Source: Pirellulales bacterium (GTDB lineage Bacteria; Planctomycetota; Planctomycetia; Pirellulales; JAICIG01). Taken from it: a stretch of 27,559 nt of DNA. The translations under genes and the position numbers were made by a program. The DNA is taken from NCBI GenBank assembly GCA_040901675.1, contig JBBDYJ010000027.1:1-27559 (forward strand), written 5' to 3'. Shown here one piece after another: positions 7,512-17,293 of this stretch (within the stretch, counting starts at the first letter, position 1; the number at the start of each line of letters is the position of its first letter). Below the pieces are notes generated by a model. That model was not told where the DNA came from and made no database searches. It was given only the letters and a program-made list of their open reading frames with translations.

Positions 7512-8108
7512 ATGGCCGTTACGACCCAGCCAGCCGACGTCCTGCTGATCCTGGCGGCAATCAGCCGTTATGGCGAGGCACTCGATTGGGCTCGCCAAGA
7601 GGCAACCGAGCGCTGGGGAGCGGTGGCGCTGGAGAGCGACCGGTTCAGCTTTACCGAAACCGATTACTACCAGCCGACCATGGGCAGCCATCTGTTGAAG
7701 ACTTTTCTGGTCTTCGAGCGGCTGATCGACCCGGCCGAATTGGCCGCCATCAAGCTGGAAACGAACACCTGGGAGGCCGACTATGCTAAACTGCAAAGAC
7801 ATCCCGAACCGCGGCCGCTCAACCTGGATCCAGGCTACCTGACGCCGGCCAAGCTGGTCCTAGCCTCGACCAAGGACCATTCGCACCGGGTCTATCTGTC
7901 GCGGGGGATCTTCGCCGAGGTGACCTTGTACTACAAAGCCGGACGCTGGCAGCATCGGGAGTGGACCTACCCGGATTACCGCCGGCCGGACTTCCAGCAG
8001 TTCTTCAGCCGCGCCCGCGACTACCTGCTCAATACGCCAGGCGGCCGGCCTGCATCGCAGGGAACCGCACTGGGCGAAGGAGAGTTAAGGGAGGGCGGCC
8101 CTCCGTGA
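7512..8108 (+). CDS. DUF4416-family protein
   Basis: FTETDYYQPTMG, IKLETNTWE, RPLNLDPGYL, KLVLASTKDHSHRVYL..GIFAEVTL, WTYPDYR; the stop overlaps the next start (GTGA). Confidence 0.85.
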   Translation: MAVTTQPADVLLILAAISRYGEALDWARQEATERWGAVALESDRFSFTETDYYQPTMGSHLLKTFLVFERLIDPAELAAIKLETNTWEADYAKLQRHPEPRPLNLDPGYLTPAKLVLASTKDHSHRVYLSRGIFAEVTLYYKAGRWQHREWTYPDYRRPDFQQFFSRARDYLLNTPGGRPASQGTALGEGELREGGPP

Positions 8109-9241
8109 TCTGGCTTCTCCTCGGCGCCATGTTGCCCAGCCTGCTGGTGTCCTGGGCCGTGGCACACCTGGTCCGCCGGCTGGCGCCCCGCTTTGGACTC
8201 GTCGACCGGCCCGGACTCCGCAAGGTGCACACAACGCCGGTCGCACTGGGAGGCGGCCTGGCAATCTGGGCCGGCATCGTGCTGCCGCTGGCCGCCGGAC
8301 ACCTGGCGCTGGTCACGCTGGTGGACCGGGAAACAGACCGGCCGCTGGTCGCCGGGCGGTGGCCGCTGCCCCCAATTGCCGCCGAAAACGTGCCGGGATT
8401 GCTCCAGCAAGCGCCCAAGCTCTGGTTTCTTTTGGCCGCCGGAACCGTGCTGGTCGGGCTGGGGCTGGTGGACGACCGGCGCGGCCTTGATTGGCGGCTG
8501 CGCCTGGCCGTGCAGGCCATCGTGGCCGGCGTGACGGTCTGGTACTGGCACGGCTGGCGGCTGACCCTGTTTATCGACGTGCCGTGGCTGACGACCGCGG
8601 TCAGCATCTGCTGGATCGTCGGGCTGGTGAACTCGTTCAACATGCTCGACAACATGGACGGACTGTCGGGCGGCGTGGCGGCCATAGCCGCGACCATGCT
8701 GGCGGCGGTGCTCTTGATGTCGGGCGACCCCGTGACCGCGCGGCCGCAATTATTCGTGAGCGGCTTCCTGCTGGTCGTCGTGGGATCGCTGGTGGGGTTC
8801 CTGTGGCACAACAGGCCGCCGGCCCGGTTGTTCATGGGCGACGCCGGCAGCTACTTCATCGGTTTCTGCCTGGCCACCGGCACGGCGATGTCCACGTTCA
8901 CGGGGGGCGAGATGCCAAGACACGCGATCCTGGCTCCCTTGTGCGTGCTGGCCGTGCCGCTGTACGACACGGCCACAGTAGTCTGGATCCGGCTGCGGCA
9001 GGGGCGCAGCCCGTTCGAGGGTGACAAAAGCCATTTCTCTCACCGGCTGGTCGAGCTGGGCATGTCCAAGAGCCAGGCCGTGCTGACCATCTACCTGACG
9101 ACGGCCACCTGCGGGCTGGGGGCCCTGCTGCTAAGCCAGGTGAACCGGACGGGGGCCTGGCTCATCCTGATCCAGGTGGGCTGCGTATTAACATTGATCG
9201 GCGTGCTGGAGACAACCGGCCGCCGCAACCGCCGCCAATGA
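8105..9241 (+). CDS. MraY/WecA-family polyprenyl-phosphate N-acetylhexosamine-1-phosphate transferase
   Basis: Multi-pass membrane protein: GLVDRPGLRKVH..GGGLAI, GLVDD, NSFNMLDNMDGL, LFMGDAGS, DKSHFSHRL. Start reassigned to GTG 8105, coupled to the upstream stop. Confidence 0.92.
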   Translation: MIWLLLGAMLPSLLVSWAVAHLVRRLAPRFGLVDRPGLRKVHTTPVALGGGLAIWAGIVLPLAAGHLALVTLVDRETDRPLVAGRWPLPPIAAENVPGLLQQAPKLWFLLAAGTVLVGLGLVDDRRGLDWRLRLAVQAIVAGVTVWYWHGWRLTLFIDVPWLTTAVSICWIVGLVNSFNMLDNMDGLSGGVAAIAATMLAAVLLMSGDPVTARPQLFVSGFLLVVVGSLVGFLWHNRPPARLFMGDAGSYFIGFCLATGTAMSTFTGGEMPRHAILAPLCVLAVPLYDTATVVWIRLRQGRSPFEGDKSHFSHRLVELGMSKSQAVLTIYLTTATCGLGALLLSQVNRTGAWLILIQVGCVLTLIGVLETTGRRNRRQ

Positions 9242-11535
9242 ACCGGAAACAAAGCATGGCGCGGCGACGTCCCAGCCAGCGGCCCCAGCGGGCGGCACCT
9301 CGGTCGGATACCACCGGACAAGCTGGTGCCGCCAGCCGCGCGCGCGGATGGCTCTTGGCGGTTTTGACGGCCCTGTTCGTGGCCCGGCCGCTATCGCCCA
9401 CCGAAGGGGCCGCCGCCCATGGCGATGGCATCCCGATGGTGATGCTCATCCTCCTGCTGCTGACGGGGTGGCTGCTGTGGGGCGTGCTACAGGGACGACT
9501 GGCAATGCGACTGGCCTGGGTCGATGCAGCCTGGGCCGCATTGCTCTTCTGGCACTCGCTCAGTGCGTTGCGGGCCACTGGCATCAATGCGCCGCGGCCC
9601 GCATTGAACATGCTGTGGGAATGGTTGGCGCTGGGGCTGGGGTTCTTCCTGGTGCGGCAACTGCTCGAGAGCCGCCGAGAACAGCGGGCGCTGGCCGCGG
9701 TGATGGTCGCCTTATCGGTGGCATTGGCCGCCTTTGGCCTGCACCAGTACCTTTACTCGTTGCCGGCCACGCGGGCCGAGTACCAGAAGAACCCGGAGCG
9801 CGCGCTGGCCCAGGCGGGAATCGCGGCCGACGATCAGGCGGGTGTCGAGCGATTCGAGCAGCGGTTGGCGAGCACCGAACCAATGGCCACGTTTGCCCTG
9901 GCCAACTCGTTGGCCGGTGTGCTGGCAGCCTGGCTGGTGGTGGCCGCCGGGATCGGGTGTACCACAAGGCTGAACGGATTGAATCGCCATGACGACTCGC
10001 GGGCGCAACCAGCCGCCGGTGCATTGAACCGCTGGACCTGGCTGGCCGCCGGCCTGACGGCGGCGCCGATCGCCGCCGGCCTGCTGCTGACCAAGAGCCG
10101 CAGCGGGTACCTGGCAGCCGCGGTGGGCGCGGTGCTGGTGGCGCTTTGCGTGCGATCGGGAAGGCAACGTATCGGTTGGCGAGGCGCCCTGGTCGCCGCG
10201 GCAGCGGCGCCGTGCTTGCTGGCTGCCGGATTCGCTTTGGGGGCTTTGGACCTCCAAGTCCTCAGCGAGGCCGCCAAATCGCTCGGTTATCGACTGCAAT
10301 ACTGGAAGGCTTCGATGGCCATGATCTCCGAGCAGCCGTTGTTCGGCTGCGGCCCCGGTAGTTTTCAGGATTTCTACGCGCGGTACAAGCTGCCCGGGGC
10401 CAGTGAAGTCGTGGCGGAGCCGCACAATATGTTCGTGGAAGTCTGGGCCACCGCGGGCACACCGGCGCTAGTAGCCTTGGTCGGTGTGCTGGCCGCCGCT
10501 GGATGGCATTTAATCGCACGTCGTCGAAGTGCCGCCCCGGCGCCGGCGGAGCCAAGCTCGGAGCAGCAGTCGGCCGCGGCCTTCGTGATTGCAGGTGGAG
10601 CGGCTGGTTTTCTGTTGGCGTTCCTTGCGGGACATACAATCGGGATTGGCCTGTCGGCCGAGGCGCTGGCGTGGGGGCTGATCGTGGCCGGCGGCGCCGT
10701 TTGCCTGTTGATGCCATGGGTTCTAAGAGGCCGCATGCCGGCGGCTGTTCCCCTGGCCGGTGCCATCGCGATGGGGGTCAACCTGCTGGCCGCCGGAGGG
10801 ATCGGCTTCGCGGGGGTCGCCGGATCGCTGTGGCTGCTGGTCGGGCTGGCACTGGCGGTGGGCGACACCGGTCAGCCCCGCTACCATGCTCCTCGGCGGG
10901 TGGCTGCAGTGGGAGCGGTAGCCGGGCTGGGCCTGGTCGTGGCCTGCTTCAGCACTGCTTACCTGCCGGTAATCGAGTGCCGGGTGGCCCTGCTGAAAGC
11001 GGAGGCGGAAATGAAGAGCGGCGGACCTCTTTCGAGCTCATTGGAAGCCGAGCGGCGAGCCACTCGGACCGCCGAGCACCTCCAGGCGGCAGCCAGGGCC
11101 GATCGCTGGGCCGACGAGCCCTGGAAACAGTTGGCGACGCTCGAGTTCAGCCGTTGGCGGTTCAACCGGGACCCGGCGGCATTCGTCCGGTTTGAGCACG
11201 CCAACCTGGGGGTGTTACGACTACGACCGGAGTCGAACGTGGCCTGGCGGCAGGCGGGCCAGTGGTATTTGGAGGCTCACCGGCTGAGGGGGCGTGAGGT
11301 GGACCTGGGCAAGGCCGTGGCGTCGTTCCAGCGGGCCGTCGAGCTCTACCCCAACCAGGCAACGTTGCGTGCCCTGCTGGCCGAGGCGCTGCAACGGTCC
11401 GGCGAGCTGGCCGGCGCGCGGCCGGAGGCGGCCGAGGCATTGCGGCTGGACCGGCTCACCCCGCATGTCGATCAAAAGCTTCAAGAGGAGGAGGTGCGGC
11501 GAATGATCCAATTGAGCCGGCCAGATGCCCCGTAA
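9238..11535 (+). CDS. O-antigen ligase (Wzy_C)-family membrane protein with C-terminal TPR-like helices
   Basis: Many transmembrane segments; ATFALANSLAG, LTKSRSG, SLGYRLQYW, PLFGCGPGSF, EPHNMFVE; TPR-like FQRAVELYPNQA; ATGA overlap with the upstream gene. Confidence 0.85.
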   Translation: MNRKQSMARRRPSQRPQRAAPRSDTTGQAGAASRARGWLLAVLTALFVARPLSPTEGAAAHGDGIPMVMLILLLLTGWLLWGVLQGRLAMRLAWVDAAWAALLFWHSLSALRATGINAPRPALNMLWEWLALGLGFFLVRQLLESRREQRALAAVMVALSVALAAFGLHQYLYSLPATRAEYQKNPERALAQAGIAADDQAGVERFEQRLASTEPMATFALANSLAGVLAAWLVVAAGIGCTTRLNGLNRHDDSRAQPAAGALNRWTWLAAGLTAAPIAAGLLLTKSRSGYLAAAVGAVLVALCVRSGRQRIGWRGALVAAAAAPCLLAAGFALGALDLQVLSEAAKSLGYRLQYWKASMAMISEQPLFGCGPGSFQDFYARYKLPGASEVVAEPHNMFVEVWATAGTPALVALVGVLAAAGWHLIARRRSAAPAPAEPSSEQQSAAAFVIAGGAAGFLLAFLAGHTIGIGLSAEALAWGLIVAGGAVCLLMPWVLRGRMPAAVPLAGAIAMGVNLLAAGGIGFAGVAGSLWLLVGLALAVGDTGQPRYHAPRRVAAVGAVAGLGLVVACFSTAYLPVIECRVALLKAEAEMKSGGPLSSSLEAERRATRTAEHLQAAARADRWADEPWKQLATLEFSRWRFNRDPAAFVRFEHANLGVLRLRPESNVAWRQAGQWYLEAHRLRGREVDLGKAVASFQRAVELYPNQATLRALLAEALQRSGELAGARPEAAEALRLDRLTPHVDQKLQEEEVRRMIQLSRPDAP

Positions 11536-11597
11536 GCCGTCCCCAGTGAGGGCAACCTCGCTGAACCATGCCGTAAGTTGTTGCGTAATAACGCGCA

Positions 11598-11626
11598 TTG
11601 AAGCAGGGATCGAGGCGCAATAGAAT
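11598..11626 (+). promoter_or_regulatory. Putative sigma70 promoter for the DUF1573-cytochrome pair
   Basis: TTGAAG (11598-11603), 17 bp spacer, TAGAAT (11621-11626). Confidence 0.5.
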
Positions 11627-11735
11627 CTTTGACATTTACTGGAACGCAAACGGGCGGGCTGAGGCGGCCTCCGGCGTGGCTCGCCGCGGCGGATTGGCCT
11701 TGTTTCGACCGGATTGTGGGCTGGAGCGGTAGACT

Positions 11736-12929
11736 ATGAAAGCAGCCTTGCTGGCTGGCGTGCTGGTGCTGGTGGCGGTAGGCGCCACCGTCTTGTTCGC
11801 GGCGTGGCAGTTGGACCTTTTCGCCGGTCATGCCGTCGACGAGTTGAGGGGCGACGATCCCGAGACTAGCGGCGCCGCTCCGGGGCCGGCCGCGGTCAAG
11901 GGGCCGCAGGGGGTCCAACCCCAGCCGATCGTGGCAGTAGACGTGACCGAGTACGATTTCGGCCAGGCCAGGAACCACGCCAAGGGTTTCCGGCACGCCT
12001 TCGTGTTCCGCAACGAAGGCAGCGCGCCTTTGGAAATCCGGGACGCCGAGGCAAGCTGCACAAAGTGCACTTCCTTCGAGCTCCCGAAGGCACCGATCCC
12101 CCCCGGGGGCAGCGCCGAGCTGATCGTGAAATGGGACGTCGAGACGCTCAGCGACACGTTCCGGCAGAGCATCAAGGTGTTCACGACGGACAAGCAGCGC
12201 CCGCAGGTCGAGCTGGTCATTACCGGCAAAGTGCAGCAGGTCCTGCGGGTGGTGCCCGCCGAGTTGGTGTTGAGCAAAGTGCTGGCCACCACCCAGTCGG
12301 AGGCCAAGGTGCGGTTGTTGGCATATTTTTCCGACAATCTGGAGGTTTCCGATCTCAAGCTGGCGAGCCCCCCAAAGCCAAGCAAATTGTTCGAGCTGCG
12401 GCAGGCTGCAGTGCCTCCGGCCGAACTGGGAGACGCCCGCAGCGGTGTCGACATCTTCTTTACGGTGAAACCCGGCTTGCCTACGGGCGCGATTCGGGAG
12501 AAAATCCGCCTCAAAACCAACCTGTCCGAGGAAAGGCACGTCGAGATTGCCATTCGTGGGAGGGTGACCAGCGATATTTCGGTCATTGGCCAGGGATGGG
12601 CGGAGGACTCGGGCACGTTGATCTTGGGATCGGTCAGCCGGCAGAAGGGGATCCATCGCACGCTGAACCTGCTGGTGCGCGGTCCGCACCAGGAGGGGCT
12701 GGCGCTGGAACCACCCCAGACGGACCCCGATTCGCTCCAAGTCACGCTGGGAGAGGCGGTGATGAGCGGCCAGGTGACGCGGATACCGCTGACCATCGAC
12801 ATCCCGCCCGGAAGTCCGCCGCTGAATCGGATGGGTGGCGACGGCCGATTGGGCCAGATTATCATCTCCACGAATAGCCGCGAATTGGGCAAGATCATCC
12901 TTCACGTGCAGTTCGCCATCGAGGGCTGA
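11736..12929 (+). CDS. DUF1573-domain (Ig-like) exported or membrane-anchored protein
   Basis: N-terminal hydrophobic anchor; YDFG..HAFVFRNEGSAPLEI..ASCTKCT..IPPGGSAEL, followed by further beta-rich domains. Confidence 0.8.
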   Translation: MKAALLAGVLVLVAVGATVLFAAWQLDLFAGHAVDELRGDDPETSGAAPGPAAVKGPQGVQPQPIVAVDVTEYDFGQARNHAKGFRHAFVFRNEGSAPLEIRDAEASCTKCTSFELPKAPIPPGGSAELIVKWDVETLSDTFRQSIKVFTTDKQRPQVELVITGKVQQVLRVVPAELVLSKVLATTQSEAKVRLLAYFSDNLEVSDLKLASPPKPSKLFELRQAAVPPAELGDARSGVDIFFTVKPGLPTGAIREKIRLKTNLSEERHVEIAIRGRVTSDISVIGQGWAEDSGTLILGSVSRQKGIHRTLNLLVRGPHQEGLALEPPQTDPDSLQVTLGEAVMSGQVTRIPLTIDIPPGSPPLNRMGGDGRLGQIIISTNSRELGKIILHVQFAIEG

Positions 12930-12990
12930 AGGCACGCAATCGATTTCGAAGGGATTCTCCAGGACGGACCCTTAAGGAGAGAGGCAACCG

Positions 12991-14634
12991 ATGTCGAAAA
13001 CGGCCTTGGTCTCAGTACCGTTGGTGGCGATCAGTTTCCTTGCGTTTTCCGGTTGTCCGGATTTGTCATCTCGCAGCCCGCAGTCGGTGGCGGAGCGTGG
13101 CGGGCCGCAGCGCCATGAAGAGCCGGAGACGAAGCTGGCCTTGAAGCCCCCCTTGGCCGACGCACCCACGCGCACGCCCAAACCCAAACAACCGAAAGCC
13201 AAAGTCCCCCAAACGGCCAGCAAGCCAGCGGCGCGGACCGTTCGGGAAGCGGCCGAGAAGGAAGGCTGGGCGGACGCAACCGATGCGGTGAGCAAGAACG
13301 GGGCGATCTTCGAGAGTTGGCCCAAGCCGAAGCTGGCACTCGTCTTGACCGGCGAGCAGATGGGGTACATCGAGCCCTGCGGTTGCGCCGGGTTGACGAA
13401 TCAAAAGGGAGGTCTGCGGCGGCGTCACACCTTGCTCAAGAAACTGGCGAGCGAGGGCTGGCCCACGGTCGCCCTCGACGTGGGGGGGCTGATCCAACGC
13501 TTCGGGCGGCAGACGGTCATCAAGTACCAAACGACGGTCGACGCGCTGAAGACGATGGACTATGCAGCGGTCGGTTTTGGCCGCGACGATCTGAAGCTGC
13601 CGGCGGGCGAGCTTCTTTCGGCCGCGCTCAACGTGAACATCTTCGTGGCGGCCAACCTGAAGGTGCTCGATTTCGAGATCGCGCGGTTCCGGGTGATCGA
13701 GGCGGGGGGGATGAAGGTCGGCGTGACGGCGATCGTGGGCGACACGTTCCAGGAGCAACTGAACAACCCGGAGATCCAGTTCACTCCCGCCCGCCAGGGA
13801 TTGGCCGAGGTGCTCCCCGAGCTGAAGGCCCAGAAGTGCGATCTGTTGGTGCTGCTCTCGCACGCGACGCCCAAGGAGTCGCGAGAGCTGGCCGGGCAGT
13901 TCGCCGACTTCGACGTGGTCGTCACCGTGGGCGGCGCCGACGAGCCGCCGCACCAGGCAACTCGGCAAGGCAGCGGCACCGTGCTGGTCGAAGTCGGCCA
14001 TAAGGGCATGTACGCGGTGGTTCTGGGACTCTACGACGACAAGAAGCAGCCGTTGCGATACCAGCGCGTGCCGTTGGACGCCCGTTTCAAAGACTCGCCC
14101 CAGATGGACCAATTGCTGGTCAGCTACCAGGACCAGCTCCAGCAGCTTGGCTGGTCCGGCCTGGGCCTGACGCCGGCTGCCCACTCCCGAGGCAAGTTCG
14201 CCGGCTCGCAGGCGTGCCGCGACTGCCACGCCACCGAGTTTTCGATCTGGGAGGACACGCCGCACTCCCATGCCACCGACACGCTCGAGCATCTGTCTCC
14301 CCCGCGCCAGTACGATCCGGAGTGCGTGAGTTGCCACTCGACCGGCTGGAATCCGCAGGAGTATTTCCCGTACGCCACCGGTTTCGACAGCGTGAAGGCC
14401 ACTCCTTTATTGGTGGGCAACGGCTGCGAGAACTGCCACGGGCCGGGGGCGGCCCACGTGGCGGCCGAAAACGGCGGCGACAGCAGGCTGCAGAGCCGCT
14501 TGCGCGGCGAGATGCGGCTGACGCTCAACAAGGAGACCAGAGAAACCATCATCCAGGGCTGCATGGAGTGCCACGACCTGGACAACAGCCCCGACTTCAG
14601 TTTCGACGCCTACTGGCCGCAAATCGAGCACTGA
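12991..14634 (+). CDS. Putative lipoprotein: 5'-nucleotidase/metallophosphoesterase-like domain fused to a tetraheme c-type cytochrome (c554-like)
   Basis: Lipobox-like LAFSGC; GEQMGYIEPCGC..KGGLRRR, ALDVGG, MDYAAVGFGRDD, FVAAN, GMKVGVT, LLVLLSH; four CxxCH motifs (CRDCH, CVSCH, CENCH, CMECH). Confidence 0.88.
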   Translation: MSKTALVSVPLVAISFLAFSGCPDLSSRSPQSVAERGGPQRHEEPETKLALKPPLADAPTRTPKPKQPKAKVPQTASKPAARTVREAAEKEGWADATDAVSKNGAIFESWPKPKLALVLTGEQMGYIEPCGCAGLTNQKGGLRRRHTLLKKLASEGWPTVALDVGGLIQRFGRQTVIKYQTTVDALKTMDYAAVGFGRDDLKLPAGELLSAALNVNIFVAANLKVLDFEIARFRVIEAGGMKVGVTAIVGDTFQEQLNNPEIQFTPARQGLAEVLPELKAQKCDLLVLLSHATPKESRELAGQFADFDVVVTVGGADEPPHQATRQGSGTVLVEVGHKGMYAVVLGLYDDKKQPLRYQRVPLDARFKDSPQMDQLLVSYQDQLQQLGWSGLGLTPAAHSRGKFAGSQACRDCHATEFSIWEDTPHSHATDTLEHLSPPRQYDPECVSCHSTGWNPQEYFPYATGFDSVKATPLLVGNGCENCHGPGAAHVAAENGGDSRLQSRLRGEMRLTLNKETRETIIQGCMECHDLDNSPDFSFDAYWPQIEH

Positions 14635-14978
14635 AGCAGGCGTTGCCGAGCAATCGTCTCTCTTGAAGGGCAGAGCTGGACGATTGTCCGTTCTGCCCTG
14701 TCGCCTGCCGCGGCTTCGCCGAAAGGCGGCTCCCGTCATCCTGCCGCAGGTCCATCGCAGGCGAATCCTCTGCCCCCTGGTGGAGCGTCAACAACAGATG
14801 GGAAGGATCGGCAAGATGGATCGAGCCAGTCGGGGCCGATTACACTCCGCCGCCCGAACAGACGATACCTCCCGGATAGATAGCACCGCTTGCCTAACCG
14901 GTGCCGGCGTTTATGAAGGCGCCAACCGGTAGAAGTGCCGGCATCGGGCTTGCACGGTTGAATCTCTCAGGTATCCCC

Positions 14979-16472
14979 ATGCCGCCACCCGATGACTGCC
15001 CGGCGATCGCCGATTGCCGGGCGGCGAGAATTCGCCTGTCCGAAAGATGGTGGTTGGTCGCCTTGGTCGTCGGCCTGCTCGTTTGGGGGCTCACGGATGT
15101 GCGACGGCGGGCCGTAATCGACCCCGACAACGAGCACGTCCATAGAACCGATCTGACGGTGTTTACGGCTGCCGGCGCGGCTTTCTTCACCGACCAGGAT
15201 CCATACAGCCTCGAAAATCCAAGGCGATGGAAGTACCCCTATCCACCCCTGTTTGCGCTGGCCATGACGCCGCTTTCGTTTCTGCCGTCGACCTGGCAGG
15301 CCGTCACCTGGTTCCTTTTCAGCCTGGCGCTCGCCTATGGCAGTTGGCACCAGTGCGTCCTCGTGTCGCGCAGCCTGGGCTATGACGTGCGGATCACGCG
15401 GCTCAACGCCAGCCCGGCGCGGTGGATCGGCATGGCGGCCATCGTCGCGGTTTCGCTTCCGGCACTCAACTGCCTGCAGCGCGGGCAAGTGGGGATCTTG
15501 AAGCTCTATTTTCTCCTGCTCGGCTTTCGACTGATGCTGGAAGCACGCGGCTGGTTTCGCGCGTTCCTGGGCGCGGCGGTCTTCTCGCTGCCCACGGCCG
15601 TCAAGGTCACGCCGATTCTGCCCTTGTGCCTGGTGACCTTCATGTTCGCACTGTCGAAGGGTCTCGAACGGCCGCGGCCGCCTTCAGTACAACGGGCCGC
15701 TGCTTATCCTCTCGGCGCTTGCTTTGGGTTGGTCTTGTTCCTGCTCCTGCTGCCTGCCGCGCTGATCGGCTGGAACAAGAACATCGAGCATCTGCAGACC
15801 TGGTACGAGCGCGTGGCGACCATGGCTGTCCATGTCGATCCTCGGGGCCAGGTCGACTCGCCGTACACGCCCCGAAACCAGAGCCTGGCGAATGCCACGC
15901 ATCGGCTCGCCAATTGGGCCTCTTATCTGATGGTCCGCGGTCCCAACGACCCAGTGCTCCAGCCCGATTTGCCCATGCTGGTCATGCCAATGGACCTGGC
16001 GCCACGAGAGCTGCCGCTCAACTGCCTCAAACTGCTCGCCGTGATGCTGGCGCTGGCAGTGTGCATTGTCGCCGGCATCCGTGGCGACCGCCTGGGCCAG
16101 GCCGCGGCCTTCGGCCTCGCAACGGCCGCAACGCTCATTGTTTCGCCGGTCAGCCGGGGGCACTACTTCGTATTGCTCTTGCCGGCACTCGTCTGGGTGC
16201 CTTGCTGGTTGAGGCGCCAAGGCTTCAGAGGCACGTGCGGCCTTTTGTCGGCCCTTGCCCCCATCTTGTTGTGGTTGCATTACGTCGCGTTGGACTGGAC
16301 CGGCCAGATTGGGTTGCTCGGCCTGGGAACAACCCTTTGGTTTTTCTTGGCCGCCGCCTGGATGCTGCTCGGCAGCCTGCGGCCGCGCGAGCAGGCCGGC
16401 CAGATTCCCCAGCTCTATTCGTTCCCGCGCCAACCGCGCTCCATCTCGGCGCCGTCCAGGCTGGCTGCCTGA
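14979..16472 (+). CDS. GT-C fold membrane glycosyltransferase, family 87 / DUF2029-like
   Basis: TDLTVFTAAG, YPYPPLFALAMTPL, LQRGQV, AVKVTP, RNQSL, IVSPVSRGHYFVLL; multi-pass membrane protein. Start uncertain (14901, 14913 or 14979). Confidence 0.8.
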   Translation: MPPPDDCPAIADCRAARIRLSERWWLVALVVGLLVWGLTDVRRRAVIDPDNEHVHRTDLTVFTAAGAAFFTDQDPYSLENPRRWKYPYPPLFALAMTPLSFLPSTWQAVTWFLFSLALAYGSWHQCVLVSRSLGYDVRITRLNASPARWIGMAAIVAVSLPALNCLQRGQVGILKLYFLLLGFRLMLEARGWFRAFLGAAVFSLPTAVKVTPILPLCLVTFMFALSKGLERPRPPSVQRAAAYPLGACFGLVLFLLLLPAALIGWNKNIEHLQTWYERVATMAVHVDPRGQVDSPYTPRNQSLANATHRLANWASYLMVRGPNDPVLQPDLPMLVMPMDLAPRELPLNCLKLLAVMLALAVCIVAGIRGDRLGQAAAFGLATAATLIVSPVSRGHYFVLLLPALVWVPCWLRRQGFRGTCGLLSALAPILLWLHYVALDWTGQIGLLGLGTTLWFFLAAAWMLLGSLRPREQAGQIPQLYSFPRQPRSISAPSRLAA

Positions 16473-16552
16473 ACGGGCGAGAGGTTTGCACCAGTGGAGT
16501 GCGAGCGTGGTGCATCGAGTCGCTGCTTCACGCGGTCAAAGCCGGCCGTCAG

Positions 16553-17293
16553 CTACGAAGCCATGGCCTCGTCGGGGATGTTGAAGTTGGCCGACACGCT
16601 CTGCACGTCGTCGTGGTCGTCGAGCTTTTCCATCAGCTTGAGCACGTTGCGACCGGTCTCGACGTCCAGCTCGACGGTGTTGGTCGGCAGGCGGCTGATC
16701 TGGCTGACTTCCGGCTGGATCGATCGGGCGTTGAGAGCTTCCGACACCTGCTGGAAGCTCCCCGGATCGCAGGTGACCTCGAAGTTCTCGCCGGCGCGTT
16801 TCACGTCGTCGGCGCCCGCCTCCAGGGCCAGCTCGAACAAGGCCTCCTCGTCGATCCGGCTGGCGGGAATCAGAAACATCCCCTTGCGCTCGAACATCCA
16901 GGAGACGCAGCCGCTCTCGCCCAGCTTGCCGCCGGCCAGCTCAAAGCACTTGCGGATTTCGCCGGCCGTCCGGTTGCGGTTGTCGGTGAGAATCTCGCAC
17001 AGCACCGCCACTCCGCCGGGGCCGTAACCTTCGTACAGAACCTCGTCGAGATTGCCCCCCTCCAACTCGCCGGTGCCCCGCTTGATGGCCCGGTTGATGT
17101 TGTCCTTCGGCATGCTGACCGCGCGAGCCGCGTCGATGGCGTACCGCAGCCGCAGGTTGGCCGACGGATCGCCGCCGCCCATCTTGGCGGCCACGATGAT
17201 CGCCTTGGAGAGCTTGCTCCAGAGCTTGCCGCGCTTGTTGTCGATCAGCGATTTCTTGTGGGCAATATTGGCCCAGTGGGAATGACCTGCCAT
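16553..17293 (-). CDS. yebC: YebC/PmpR (TACO1-like) family protein
   Basis: MAGHSHWANIAHKK, GGGDPSANLRLR, MPKDNINRAIK, YEGYGPGGVA, TDNRNRT, DDHDDVQSVSAN; start reassigned to ATG 17293. Confidence 0.96.
   Translation of the reverse strand: MAGHSHWANIAHKKSLIDNKRGKLWSKLSKAIIVAAKMGGGDPSANLRLRYAIDAARAVSMPKDNINRAIKRGTGELEGGNLDEVLYEGYGPGGVAVLCEILTDNRNRTAGEIRKCFELAGGKLGESGCVSWMFERKGMFLIPASRIDEEALFELALEAGADDVKRAGENFEVTCDPGSFQQVSEALNARSIQPEVSQISRLPTNTVELDVETGRNVLKLMEKLDDHDDVQSVSANFNIPDEAMAS

Noticed and set aside
11574..11634. TAAGTTGTTGCGTAATAAC quasi-palindrome and a TTGACA at 11629-11634
   Set aside because: The palindrome is too degenerate to assign to a regulator, and this TTGACA has no -10 element at proper spacing
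12991..14634. Hydroxylamine or hydrazine oxidoreductase (anammox/nitrifier marker)
   Set aside because: Only four CxxCH motifs and an N-terminal phosphoesterase-like domain; this is not the octaheme HAO architecture
14635..14978. Hairpin CGCC-GAAA-GGCG (~14717-14728) as a terminator or ncRNA
   Set aside because: Very short stem, no U tract and no other support
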